From positions 1 to 45,836 of the forward strand of contig CAZHRF010000022.1 of assembly GCA_964534625.1 (NCBI GenBank): a DNA stretch of 45,836 nucleotides. Reading direction: 5' to 3'. The position numbers and the translations under genes are program-made. The stretch is from an uncultured archaeon (GTDB lineage: Archaea; Asgardarchaeota; Heimdallarchaeia; Heimdallarchaeales; Heimdallarchaeaceae). Shown in pieces: positions 16,863-26,416 of the stretch (within the stretch, counting starts at the first letter, position 1; every line of letters begins with the position of its first letter). Below the pieces are notes generated by a model. It was not told the origin of the DNA and searched no databases. It saw nothing but the letters and a program-made list of their open reading frames with translations.

Positions 16863-19398
16863 ATTCTTTTTCTACCCCGTATTTTTCACCTAAAGAACTA
16901 ATTATTTTCTTTATTTTCGGTATGTCCCCTATTTGATATGTTTTTGTCCCTTCAATTTTTGCTAATTCTTTTCTTATTTTTAGTCTTTCCTTAATTTCTG
17001 GTATTTTTTCAACTTTTTCTGCTAGCAAAAATTTTTCAATTGCCTCTTTCATCAAAATAGCCATCCAACTTTTTTCTCTTTCATCAACACTTTCATTTTT
17101 TTCACCAATTAATGGCAATGGGTTAAACATTGTACACCCCAGCAGCGTTTTTGCTTTTGTTGTTCTATAATCATATTCCTTCCTTATTCCATCTAGAGAC
17201 ACATTTCTCTGTTTCACATTTGTTGTTTCAGAGTAATCTTTTGCATCTACTGGAGTGATAACATACCCCTGTAACAAAATCTCCGTACCTCCCCCCAATG
17301 CACTTGGTACATGTCTTCTTGCATCCTTAAATTGATTTCCAAATGACCTATGGGTTAGGTAAAAGACATCTAATAACGTCCATAATTCAATAATTATTGC
17401 CATTTTTATTGGATGAATAGAGCTGGTTTTTAGTATTTTCAATTGTTTACTTGTTTGTGTCCCAAACTGAATATTTTCATTAGTTTTTCTTAGAACTCCG
17501 TTATCTCCACACAAAATTTTCATTGTTTGTTTGCCTAATATATCCTGCAATTTATCACGTAAGTTTGTTTCTATTTCTTTTTCCAGAAGCTCTTTTAATA
17601 TGAAATCATATTTCAGAAAATTAATTCTAAAGGTTCTCTTAACAATCTGAAATATAGAAGCTCCAAATCTATTTTGACTTGTATTAATTGTATTGAAAGT
17701 AATTGCGGATATAAAAATATGCGGTTCCATTCCTTTCTTCGATGCGTCGTTTATAAAGATCATTCCTTTTTTTGTCATTAAATTCAATAATCGGTTATTA
17801 TTCACAATTAAATTTTCAAATCTGCTAATAATTTCACTTCTAGCTTCGGTTATTCTACATGGAGAGCCTGAATTGAGAATGTCATCAATTGCATGAATGC
17901 CACTTTCCCGCTTTTTCCTTTTCTTTCTTACTTCATTTTTATGTTCCACTATTGCACCCTCAACAATTGAACCGAAATTATCTCCTAAAAGATACAAATT
18001 ACGCATGTTTTTTAGTAATTTAGTCGTAATACTATAGAAGGCTTCTTTTTTGAACACTTCGCCTTTCCCAAGATGCTTAAACTCTTCTTCTTTAAACAAA
18101 TCAGACCAAAAGGATTTTTCAGTCATGAGACCTAGGTTGACCCGATCAACCACACGTAAACCGCTCATTCTATAGAAACCCCTCGTCAACTGTAATGATT
18201 TGTTTAGAAATGCAAAACCATCTCCAATTATATTATGATATTTCCTTTTGATAATATGAGCATTATACCAATCTTTTACTGCTACATTAGTGAAAAAGTC
18301 TGGTTCGGTTTCAAACTCAATCTCATGAGTATAAGTCAAAGGATTAATCACCCTGTCTCCATTTTCATCCTTTTGCGAATATAAGCTTAACAAAGGCCAT
18401 TCAAGTCTTTCTTCATATACTCGTATGGTTTGGTCTAACTTCTCTATAACCATCTCTTCTTTCGTTTTGGTTTCATTTAATATGGTGGTAAGTGAATAAC
18501 TTTCAAGCATGAACGAAAATAGACTACTAACAAGTTCTTCCTTTCCTTTTCTAAATAAATCTTCAATCACTTGTTTTAATTGGGATAGAATATCGATTGC
18601 ATCATCTACTCTTGCCCAACCAATAACAAATTCGGTCTTATTTTCTTTTTCAGGATCTAGTATGTTTCTATTTCCCAAGAATAGCACGGGTACTTCTGCT
18701 GTTGTTAAAAATCGGTTCAATTCTTCTGCTCGTTGCTTTATAACGATTTGGGGTAGATTTTCTAGGGAACCAGCATAACAAGTTCTTAATCCTTCATCAA
18801 AAAACAATCGCATAATAGAAAGTGCGGGGATAATATTGCCGTGTTCATCAAGTAAGGATAAAAACATTCTTTCATCTTGTTCTTGTAATTTTTGAATGTC
18901 AATGAAACTATTTCCAGAGATTAAAGTTGAAATTTCGTCAAAATCATCTTGTTCATCTTCTTTGATAAAAGATACCCAAGAGTTTGTACTTGTTTCAATA
19001 ATCTCATCTTTTACAGTATTAATGATATAATCAGAACCAATGCAACAATCAAATCCTATTTTTACGTCTTCCAATCGGTTATCCTGATCACCTTTATTCC
19101 ATAATTCTTCATGTTTATCAGCTATCAAAACATAACTAGACCATACATACTCCGTGATACCTTCTGATGGGTTGTACAAAATATAAGCTATTCTCTCAGT
19201 AGAAAGAGGATTATATTTAACATCAAATCCATCCGAGGAAAGGGTAAAAGCTGCCTTGATTATTTTCTCATTCCCTTTTTCATCAACTAGAATAGAGGGG
19301 TACACATTAAACAACGATAATGGGTATACGTATCTACCTAAGTAAGGGTATTGAGGACTTCCGATGTAGAGTCGGTACGTTGTGTGTACTAGAACCAT
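16861..19398 (-). CDS. 845-aa hypothetical protein, possible C-terminal PD-(D/E)xK-like nuclease domain
   Basis: Long uninterrupted ORF; GGGTEILL..ITPVDAKDYS..VSLDGIRK resembles the Mrr-type motif layout (weak). Confidence 0.65.
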   Translation of the reverse strand: MVLVHTTYRLYIGSPQYPYLGRYVYPLSLFNVYPSILVDEKGNEKIIKAAFTLSSDGFDVKYNPLSTERIAYILYNPSEGITEYVWSSYVLIADKHEELWNKGDQDNRLEDVKIGFDCCIGSDYIINTVKDEIIETSTNSWVSFIKEDEQDDFDEISTLISGNSFIDIQKLQEQDERMFLSLLDEHGNIIPALSIMRLFFDEGLRTCYAGSLENLPQIVIKQRAEELNRFLTTAEVPVLFLGNRNILDPEKENKTEFVIGWARVDDAIDILSQLKQVIEDLFRKGKEELVSSLFSFMLESYSLTTILNETKTKEEMVIEKLDQTIRVYEERLEWPLLSLYSQKDENGDRVINPLTYTHEIEFETEPDFFTNVAVKDWYNAHIIKRKYHNIIGDGFAFLNKSLQLTRGFYRMSGLRVVDRVNLGLMTEKSFWSDLFKEEEFKHLGKGEVFKKEAFYSITTKLLKNMRNLYLLGDNFGSIVEGAIVEHKNEVRKKRKKRESGIHAIDDILNSGSPCRITEARSEIISRFENLIVNNNRLLNLMTKKGMIFINDASKKGMEPHIFISAITFNTINTSQNRFGASIFQIVKRTFRINFLKYDFILKELLEKEIETNLRDKLQDILGKQTMKILCGDNGVLRKTNENIQFGTQTSKQLKILKTSSIHPIKMAIIIELWTLLDVFYLTHRSFGNQFKDARRHVPSALGGGTEILLQGYVITPVDAKDYSETTNVKQRNVSLDGIRKEYDYRTTKAKTLLGCTMFNPLPLIGEKNESVDEREKSWMAILMKEAIEKFLLAEKVEKIPEIKERLKIRKELAKIEGTKTYQIGDIPKIKKIISSLGEKYGVEKE

Positions 19399-19400
19399 GT

Positions 19401-19514
19401 ACTGTCGAGACGACAGGAACTATACACGACGCTTGTGGAGAAGAAGTAAGCCCTCATTTTGAGGCAACTTCATTGAAGCCAGAAACCATCTGCCTTTAGG
19501 CAGTGGTAGTTCAC
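19401..19514 (+). mobile_element. IS200/IS605 (TnpB) 3' remnant: tnpB tail / omegaRNA scaffold / right end
   Basis: Translates TVETTGTIHDACGE..SLKPETICL* like TnpB C-terminal tails; GCTTGTGGAG and TTGAAGCCAGAAACC motifs; hairpin ACCA-T-CTGCCT-TT-AGGCAG-TGGT; terminal GTAGTTCAC. Confidence 0.82.
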
Positions 19515-20398
19515 CTAGCTACCATTAACTTTTCTTGTTTTTGTTCTTTTAATTCTTTTTCACTTCTTTTATTTTTTTGGTCTATTTTTCCTGCTTCTGC
19601 TTGTTTAGCTATTTGTCTTGAGACCATTTTTTCCATTCCTGGTACATATTTGATTATTTTCATCAAAACACTATAGAACCATGGTACCACTAGTCTTTTT
19701 TTTGGTTTTTTCATTAATTCTACTATTTTTTCCACTAGTGCTTGTGTGTCATAACTTTTAGCTGCGTCTTCCCTAACATTTGCCACCTTACAAAATTCCG
19801 TGTCATGTAATGCAGGATATACTGTACTGATACGTATCCCATATTCTTTCATTTCATCTTCTATTGCTTCTCCAAACATTTTTACAGCTGCCTTGGTTGT
19901 TGAATATACCGCAAATGGAGCAGGACTGAGCTCTCCTAATACTGATGATACATTTATTATATGTCCTTTTTCTTGTACTTTCATTATTTGCGCTACTTTC
20001 TGGGTTAGTTTTATTACTGCAGTCAAATTCGTTTCAATTAATTGGTCTATTTCTTCTTCTGGTTGATCAATAAACCTATGTACTTTTCCTAACCCCGCAT
20101 TATTAACCAATATATCTATCCGACCATATTTTTCTATTGTTGTTCCTATTAGATTCGCTCTATCTTTTTCTCTTCTCACGTCTCCAACTATTGGTAATAC
20201 TTCAGTACCTTGTTTTTTAACCTCTAATGCCGTTTTTATTAATTTTTCAGTTCTTCTTGCTATTAATATTAATACAGGTTTATATTTTGCTAATTCTATC
20301 GCTAGTTTTTTCCCAATTCCTGAAGATGCTCCAGTTATTACTATAATTTTACCTTGAATGGTTTCCTTTTCAAACAAATTTGCAAACATTTCTTTCAT
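19511..20398 (-). CDS. Short-chain dehydrogenase/reductase (classical SDR)
   Basis: TGASSGIG, NNAG, NVSS, YSTTK. Confidence 0.95.
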   Translation of the reverse strand: MKEMFANLFEKETIQGKIIVITGASSGIGKKLAIELAKYKPVLILIARRTEKLIKTALEVKKQGTEVLPIVGDVRREKDRANLIGTTIEKYGRIDILVNNAGLGKVHRFIDQPEEEIDQLIETNLTAVIKLTQKVAQIMKVQEKGHIINVSSVLGELSPAPFAVYSTTKAAVKMFGEAIEDEMKEYGIRISTVYPALHDTEFCKVANVREDAAKSYDTQALVEKIVELMKKPKKRLVVPWFYSVLMKIIKYVPGMEKMVSRQIAKQAEAGKIDQKNKRSEKELKEQKQEKLMVAR

Positions 20399-20537
20399 AT
20401 CAAATACTTACAATCCTATAAAAACACAAAAGGTAATACTTTCATTTTTCTCTCTTTTCTTAATATCAATTTTCTGTACTGTTTGTGTCTTTACATTTAT
20501 TAATTCACAGAGTTATTTTACTTTAGATTGTGTTTAA

Positions 20538-21386
20538 ATGATAACATCGAAACTGACTATTGTCATTCCCAATAATGATTTGGCTGCTACTACTATTTGG
20601 AAATATTTTTCTGATTCTGGATTATTTTATAGAACTTCTGAAATTTTTGATGAAAAACCCGTTTATGCTTTGACTGAAAATCCTGAAACTAAAATGGTTT
20701 TTTCTAGTAAAGATGGTGTTAAAACGGATCACTTAGATCAGCATATTCAAACCCATTTTTACATTTTTGCCAGTCGCCATAAATCTAAATCGGCCATTCC
20801 TGCGTTACTTATTCATTCAACGGGTAATTGGAAAGAAGCACTATTAGGTGGAAATGAGTCTCAGCTTTCTTACTCTTCCGGATTTATGATTAAAACTGGT
20901 CTTAGGAAGTTAAATGAAGTCAAAGAAAAGTTTGAATTATCCGAGTATAAAGTAGACCTTGAAGTTACACATCATGGACCTACAAACTTAGCTACCCCTC
21001 TTTGTTTTATGGAATTAGGAAGTAGTGAAAAATATTGGCAAGACGAACAAGCTGCAAAAGCTGTAGGAGTTGCTATTATTGAAACAGCAAAAACGTTCTT
21101 GAATCAGAGAAAAAAACACTTTATTTCGTGTGTTGGCTTTGGTGGTAATCATTATGCTTACCAATTTCAAAAATATTTAGAACGACATGACGAGATTATT
21201 ATTAGTCATATAGCTCCAAAATTTATGATAGACAGACTTACAGAAGATATCATTAAACAGGCGTTAGATAAAACAATAGAAACACCAGAGAAAGTATTAA
21301 TAGATAAGAAAGGGACAAAATCAGCACAGAGAAATAAGATTGCTGAAATTGCAGAAAAAATGGATAAAGACCATATATTCATTTAA
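20538..21386 (+). CDS. dtdA: Archaeal D-aminoacyl-tRNA deacylase (DTD2)
   Basis: SRHKS, HSTGN, EVTHHGPT, ELGSSE, GFGGNHY. Confidence 0.92.
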   Translation: MITSKLTIVIPNNDLAATTIWKYFSDSGLFYRTSEIFDEKPVYALTENPETKMVFSSKDGVKTDHLDQHIQTHFYIFASRHKSKSAIPALLIHSTGNWKEALLGGNESQLSYSSGFMIKTGLRKLNEVKEKFELSEYKVDLEVTHHGPTNLATPLCFMELGSSEKYWQDEQAAKAVGVAIIETAKTFLNQRKKHFISCVGFGGNHYAYQFQKYLERHDEIIISHIAPKFMIDRLTEDIIKQALDKTIETPEKVLIDKKGTKSAQRNKIAEIAEKMDKDHIFI

Positions 21387-21426
21387 ACTATTAGTTTTAA
21401 TAAATAATGATAAAGATGAGAAATAC

Positions 21427-22215
21427 ATGATCTCTGCCATTGATTTTTCTAACTCTAACTTGATTGAAAAATGCATAAACATAGCCAAAAAAGATTATTT
21501 AGATAATATTGTTTTACTTGGAGACCTATATACACCCTGTAATAAACAATCACAAGTCTTTGGTTTATTTAATTCTGAGAAGACATTAATTAGTTTTTTT
21601 GTTATATTCTACGGATTCAAAGCACCTTCAATTGTCCTACCAACACAACTTACTAAAACTCAGCTAGAAGAAGTAATAGAGTACATTGCAAAGAACATAA
21701 AAGGAATAGTTACATTTGTTGTACTTGATGAATATGTTAAAAAATTGAATCAGAGGTTTAATATCATTGACTTAAGCTCCGAGTATTGTATGTATATCAA
21801 TAACGAAAAACAATTACCTGATTTAGATATTTCAAAGGTTAAACAGGCAAAAGAAAATGACTATCGAAGAATAGACATGTTTTACCAAAACATTGGTGCA
21901 TATTCATATTGCTCCCTTCAACTAGAATCTGGTTTTTATCATTATATTGAAAAAAACAATCAAATCATTGCATGTGGAGGAACACATTTCGAAACAGATC
22001 AATTAGCTCACTTGGGAAATATTTATACAATTCCTGAATTCAGACGTAAGAGCTATGGAAAAAAACTAATTACAAAACTCATAAGAACCATTTTTAATTA
22101 TAAGAATATCATCTCTTTATATGTAGTTAAAGAAAACACAATTGCACTCAATCTTTATTTAAAACTTGGATTTGAAATTCATCAATCGGTAAACATTATA
22201 ACTGCGGAGATTTAA
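21427..22215 (+). CDS. GNAT-family acetyltransferase
   Basis: GNIYTIPEFRRKSYG and N..A..LY.KLGF motifs; start moved to MISAID. Confidence 0.88.
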   Translation: MISAIDFSNSNLIEKCINIAKKDYLDNIVLLGDLYTPCNKQSQVFGLFNSEKTLISFFVIFYGFKAPSIVLPTQLTKTQLEEVIEYIAKNIKGIVTFVVLDEYVKKLNQRFNIIDLSSEYCMYINNEKQLPDLDISKVKQAKENDYRRIDMFYQNIGAYSYCSLQLESGFYHYIEKNNQIIACGGTHFETDQLAHLGNIYTIPEFRRKSYGKKLITKLIRTIFNYKNIISLYVVKENTIALNLYLKLGFEIHQSVNIITAEI

Positions 22216-22277
22216 CGCTTTATTACATATAAATCGTGTAACAGACAGTATTTAATTATAGTTTTATAGTTTCTCCA

Positions 22278-22442
22278 ATGGAAAAAGCAGATTCAATTCC
22301 AAACAATCACCTTACTTCATTTCATCAATATATTCAACCTCAACAAGAGTGTGTTGTTTATTGCAAAAAATATGGTACAAAACAACAAACTACTGCAAAA
22401 TTCTGTCAAAATTGTGGCGAATTGCTTCATAAATTAAATTAA
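22278..22442 (+). CDS. 54-aa zinc-ribbon peptide (possibly a gene remnant); not in the ORF track
   Basis: MEKADSIPNNHLTSFHQYIQPQQECVVYCKKYGTKQQTTAKFCQNCGELLHKLN*; first knuckle is CKKY rather than CxxC. Confidence 0.55.
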   Translation: MEKADSIPNNHLTSFHQYIQPQQECVVYCKKYGTKQQTTAKFCQNCGELLHKLN

Positions 22443-22556
22443 TAGATATATTTTTCCTGTTTATTTTTGATTTTTCGTTCCCAATCTGCTAACACTTAAG
22501 GATAAATTTAAAAGATAAATAGTCTTAATTTGAATAGAAAAAGTAGAGAACTATAT

Positions 22557-22641
22557 GCGGGGATTGCCGAGTGGTCAAAGGCGCTGGACTTAGGATCCAG
22601 TCCTTAGTGGTTCGGGAGTTCGACTCTCTCTCCCCGCACCA
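22557..22641 (+). tRNA. tRNA-Leu(TAG)
   Basis: GCGGGGA/TCCCCGC, CTGGA-CTTAGGA-TCCAG, long variable arm, encoded CCA. Confidence 0.96.
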
Positions 22642-22785
22642 TAGACTTTTTAATCTCTACTTTAGATTGCCAAAGTTTAACTTATTTTTAAGTTTCAATC
22701 TGGTCTCTCTTGGTGTTTTTATACTTTGATTGGATACTTTTATATGGTAAATATGGCTTTCTGTACACAATTCAAAGAGGGACTT

Positions 22786-23208
22786 ATGGATTTAGGTTTG
22801 GTTTTAATTGAATTTGATCTTACAATTGGACCGTTAATTGTTTTTAATCATTCATGTTTAAATGAAGAAGAGCTCCAGGAGTTATCATTAAAAGGCATTT
22901 CCACCCTACTAAATGGCCATGTCACTTATTCTTCCTCCCATAAATTCCGTGGTCTTTTACAACTCACCAAAGATTATTTTGTCTATGGTTTTGATCTTTC
23001 TATTCAAGATATTGAAAACAAAGAAATAAAACAAATTCCTGCTATGCTTTTTATTATTTTTCCAGCATTTTCACTTCCTGTTATTGCAGGTAATATTAAA
23101 TCACTTGAAAAGATACTGATGGAGAGCACTGAATACTTAGAATATGCATCAATCACACCAGAATATGGCTTTAATCTTCTTTCTTTACTTCATGATTCTA
23201 TCATGTAA
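22786..23208 (+). CDS. Longin/uDENN-like single-domain protein
   Basis: N-terminal LVLIEFDLTIGP (FDxxxGP) followed by a helix, beta strands and helices; SD GAGGGA before ATG 22786. Confidence 0.6.
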   Translation: MDLGLVLIEFDLTIGPLIVFNHSCLNEEELQELSLKGISTLLNGHVTYSSSHKFRGLLQLTKDYFVYGFDLSIQDIENKEIKQIPAMLFIIFPAFSLPVIAGNIKSLEKILMESTEYLEYASITPEYGFNLLSLLHDSIM

Positions 23209-23317
23209 CCCTATCATTATTTTACTTATGAACTCTTTCAACTTTTTCAGTACTTTCGATAGTTATAAATAACTTTCCTTTTAATAGTCTAATTAGAACT
23301 CAAATAATGTGTTTATT

Positions 23318-25624
23318 ATGACAGAAACAGAAAATAAAGAGGCTATAGCTCAAGCAACTAAACCATCTGATGAAGATGGTAATATAGTTCAAACAACTAA
23401 ACCATCTGATGAAGATGATCATAAAAAATGGTCTTTTCTTGGATGGGGTCTATTGTTCTTTTTCATATGGACTATTCTTCTCATGTTCATTTTGGAAGCT
23501 GCAATTCAACCCCGAGATAGTTTAGTTGCTACTGTTATAGCCTATGGTTTGGGGATATTAGGCCTTGGTATCTATGGAGGTCTTGTACGCAGAAAACTTA
23601 AGGTAATCCTTACAGTCCCATTGCTTATAATTATAGCTTTTGGAACAGGTTTTCTTTTGAACTTCGTTTTTAATGCACCAATTTATAATCCATTTGCACC
23701 CATTTCTGAGCGAGCGGGAATATTACTTGATGCAGTTGAAACTGGATTAGAATTAATGGGTGATGAATCTCTACCGGTTGACTTTTCAATCGAAGAAGCT
23801 CGATTTTTTGCACAATTTGCTTTTGTAATTGATCTAATAATAGCTTTACCTTTGTTTATCTTTGGTACTCTTTCAATTACTATGATAGTACAGATATTTT
23901 CTGAAAAACCAAAGGTTCTAACAATATTTACTGCATTCTTTGCTTTGGTATTTCTTGTAATCGGATTAGTGATTACGCCTCTTTTACATATCTCTCTAGC
24001 TAGTATGGTAAATCTGGGGGGCAATACTTCAATGGGGGTCATTTACATGACTGCAGGTATGCAATCACTTCAAGGTTTTGAAAATGCAACTCAAGAAGAC
24101 ATTAACCAGGCAGTTGAAAACTTTAATATGGCGGCTAAATATTTTAGACGTGGTGAAGAAGATCTTCTTGCAATGCTATGGGTATTAGGTATGGTCCCGG
24201 ACATTGGGATAGCAGCAGCAGAATTAATGCTGTTTGTTCAAGCATCACTTTTCTTATTAGATGGGATAGGTCCTTTTGTTAATGGATCATATCAAATGCA
24301 TGACGGGTTTGACAAAATTGCAACATCTTTGAATCTTGATGAAAGTTCATCTTTAGAAGTACAAGGTTCTATTAAGCAACAACAGTTCATTAATGATTCG
24401 TTGTTTGATGAAGGCATAAACCAAGTTCAAGAAGGATTAGACATCTATGCAAATGACAGTCTTCCTAATTTAAGGAATGCAGCTCAAGAAATACAAGATA
24501 TTAATTATAACAACATTTATACTGCATTAGAAAGCACTGGTCAAGTCGGCGACGATGTTGATTTTGAAAGTACTATGGAAGAAATGCAAGAATATATTGA
24601 TTTATTTACCGAATCTATTGATGTTATTAATGTTTTGATAACTCGCCCTGAGATTAATGGAACAAAAACCAAGTTTTCAACTCTAGTCCACTTTATCTAT
24701 GGTGTAAAAGACCTAATGACGGCATCACAGATCATTGGTATAAATAGTAATTTTACTGGTACTTCCAGCCACTTTACTGAAGCTTATTCCAACTTTAGCT
24801 TGGTCTATACAGATCTAGGCGTACCAGTTGTTCAAGATGCAATTGAAGGCGATGTTCCTTTTCTTAATGATACACTTAATTTCATTTATGATATGACAGG
24901 ATTGTCAGCAACAGTAAGTTCTTTTGGCATCGATGTGGGATCAGTTTTCGACCAACTAGATGTGATTCTAGATGTGTTTGATGATGGTTTCCAAAATATA
25001 ACTGACTATCCTGGTTTAAAGGGACAACTAGCAGATTTTGTTAGTGACACTGAAGCACTCAATGATACAGTTTATAATGTAGAGGCCAATGTTACATTCA
25101 TTCAGAATAAAGCAAATGAAGAAGGTTATGGCATGTTTAATGAACCAGCAGAAGAGTTTACCAATGTTTTTGCGGAATTCAATTTAACAACCAACGTAAA
25201 AAATACTAATCTTCTAGCCAATGCTTTCTATCATCTTTTTAGTTCAATGGAATATCTCAAGGAAACACAAATACATATGAAGGCAGGGGAAGAACATTTT
25301 AATGACGACGAATTTGCTGAAGCAAAAGAAGAATTCGAAGAAGCTATTATTTCCATAAACGGTTCCATGGATGAAATGGATCAAGCAACATATTACATGG
25401 ACCAAACAGATGAAGGTGGAATGGATCAGTTAGAATCAACTAGAGATTCTTTAATATCTATCAATGATAAATTACAACAAGTTGTTGTTAATCTTGATCA
25501 TCTAAATGACTTAGCTGAACAAGGAGGGTCTGCAGATCCGAATGATGTAACTGGAAATATAACCCAAGTACAGGAATATTTTGAACAAATTAATGATGAC
25601 TTGGATGAATTATCTGCTCAATAA
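23318..25624 (+). CDS. Large membrane protein: ~5-6 N-terminal TM helices plus long acidic helical-bundle region
   Basis: Hydrophobic first ~240 aa, then D/E/N-rich amphipathic helices; T-rich terminator after the stop. Confidence 0.8.
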   Translation: MTETENKEAIAQATKPSDEDGNIVQTTKPSDEDDHKKWSFLGWGLLFFFIWTILLMFILEAAIQPRDSLVATVIAYGLGILGLGIYGGLVRRKLKVILTVPLLIIIAFGTGFLLNFVFNAPIYNPFAPISERAGILLDAVETGLELMGDESLPVDFSIEEARFFAQFAFVIDLIIALPLFIFGTLSITMIVQIFSEKPKVLTIFTAFFALVFLVIGLVITPLLHISLASMVNLGGNTSMGVIYMTAGMQSLQGFENATQEDINQAVENFNMAAKYFRRGEEDLLAMLWVLGMVPDIGIAAAELMLFVQASLFLLDGIGPFVNGSYQMHDGFDKIATSLNLDESSSLEVQGSIKQQQFINDSLFDEGINQVQEGLDIYANDSLPNLRNAAQEIQDINYNNIYTALESTGQVGDDVDFESTMEEMQEYIDLFTESIDVINVLITRPEINGTKTKFSTLVHFIYGVKDLMTASQIIGINSNFTGTSSHFTEAYSNFSLVYTDLGVPVVQDAIEGDVPFLNDTLNFIYDMTGLSATVSSFGIDVGSVFDQLDVILDVFDDGFQNITDYPGLKGQLADFVSDTEALNDTVYNVEANVTFIQNKANEEGYGMFNEPAEEFTNVFAEFNLTTNVKNTNLLANAFYHLFSSMEYLKETQIHMKAGEEHFNDDEFAEAKEEFEEAIISINGSMDEMDQATYYMDQTDEGGMDQLESTRDSLISINDKLQQVVVNLDHLNDLAEQGGSADPNDVTGNITQVQEYFEQINDDLDELSAQ
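23344..23421. repeat. In-frame 39-bp tandem duplication (IAQATKPSDEDGN / IVQTTKPSDEDDH)
   Basis: Two near-identical 39-nt units read directly. Confidence 0.9.
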
Positions 25625-25846
25625 ATCCCCTTTTTCTATTTTTTTTGTGTGTGGTTTTTTCATAAAAATATTACTGGTTTATTTTCTCTAGTGTTAATCC
25701 AAGAAATAGCTGATAAAATGAACTTTTAAAACCTATTAGATGGCTGTTACTAGCAGAAACATTTTTACATTAAAGATTTATAAAATAGATTGCCTAAAAG
25801 GAATAACTTTTTTAAGAAGTTAGTAAAGAGAAAAATGGTAGGTTTT

Positions 25847-26254
25847 ATGATATCTAGTGTTGTTTATCTTTCTTATGATCATAATAAACGAGAGTTTAGT
25901 GAAGTACCAAATCAAAAGAAATTCGAAAAAATTCTTAATGGAACTGTAGACGAAATCAGCAATACATTAGAAGGTCTAGGTATAGATGGTTTAATGCTAT
26001 TTCGAAGGGATCAAAATGTATGGCAGCTAATATTCAGAAAAGATATGGGAATAGTAGCTCAAAGAACAGCTAGAAGACAAGCTGATACAATCAGCCGTTC
26101 AGGTTTTCTCCTTTCATCAGGTGAACGCGTTGGTACTAGAAGTAGCCTAGAACAATTAACCAACGATAATATTGGAGATCTGAGTAAATCTGTACAACAA
26201 AAATATATTGCAAGCGATTTAAGTGGATATAAAGGAGATTCAAGGCAGAACTAA
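25847..26254 (+). CDS. Conserved-looking hypothetical protein (possible gelsolin-like fold)
   Basis: Clean ORF with T-tract terminator; strand-strand-helix pattern LMLFRR..VWQLIF..GIVAQRTARRQA; start uncertain (25835 or 25847). Confidence 0.6.
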   Translation: MISSVVYLSYDHNKREFSEVPNQKKFEKILNGTVDEISNTLEGLGIDGLMLFRRDQNVWQLIFRKDMGIVAQRTARRQADTISRSGFLLSSGERVGTRSSLEQLTNDNIGDLSKSVQQKYIASDLSGYKGDSRQN

Positions 26255-26416
26255 CTCTTTATGTTTAATATCTCTTTTTTTTGATTTGTTTTTTTTTAGA
26301 TGCTGTTAAGACCAAATAAGATTAACTATTCTAACTCATTGGTATCATATTGGAAAAATTCACTATGAATCGAGAAGTTAAAAAGGGATGAATACTAAAT
26401 CTAAGAAGGATATAAA

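Noticed and set aside
16001-16936. Several overlapping ORFs on argF (16001-16333, 16146-16601, 16400-16681, 16676-16936)
   Set aside because: Shadow frames kept open by the extreme base skew; low-complexity translations.
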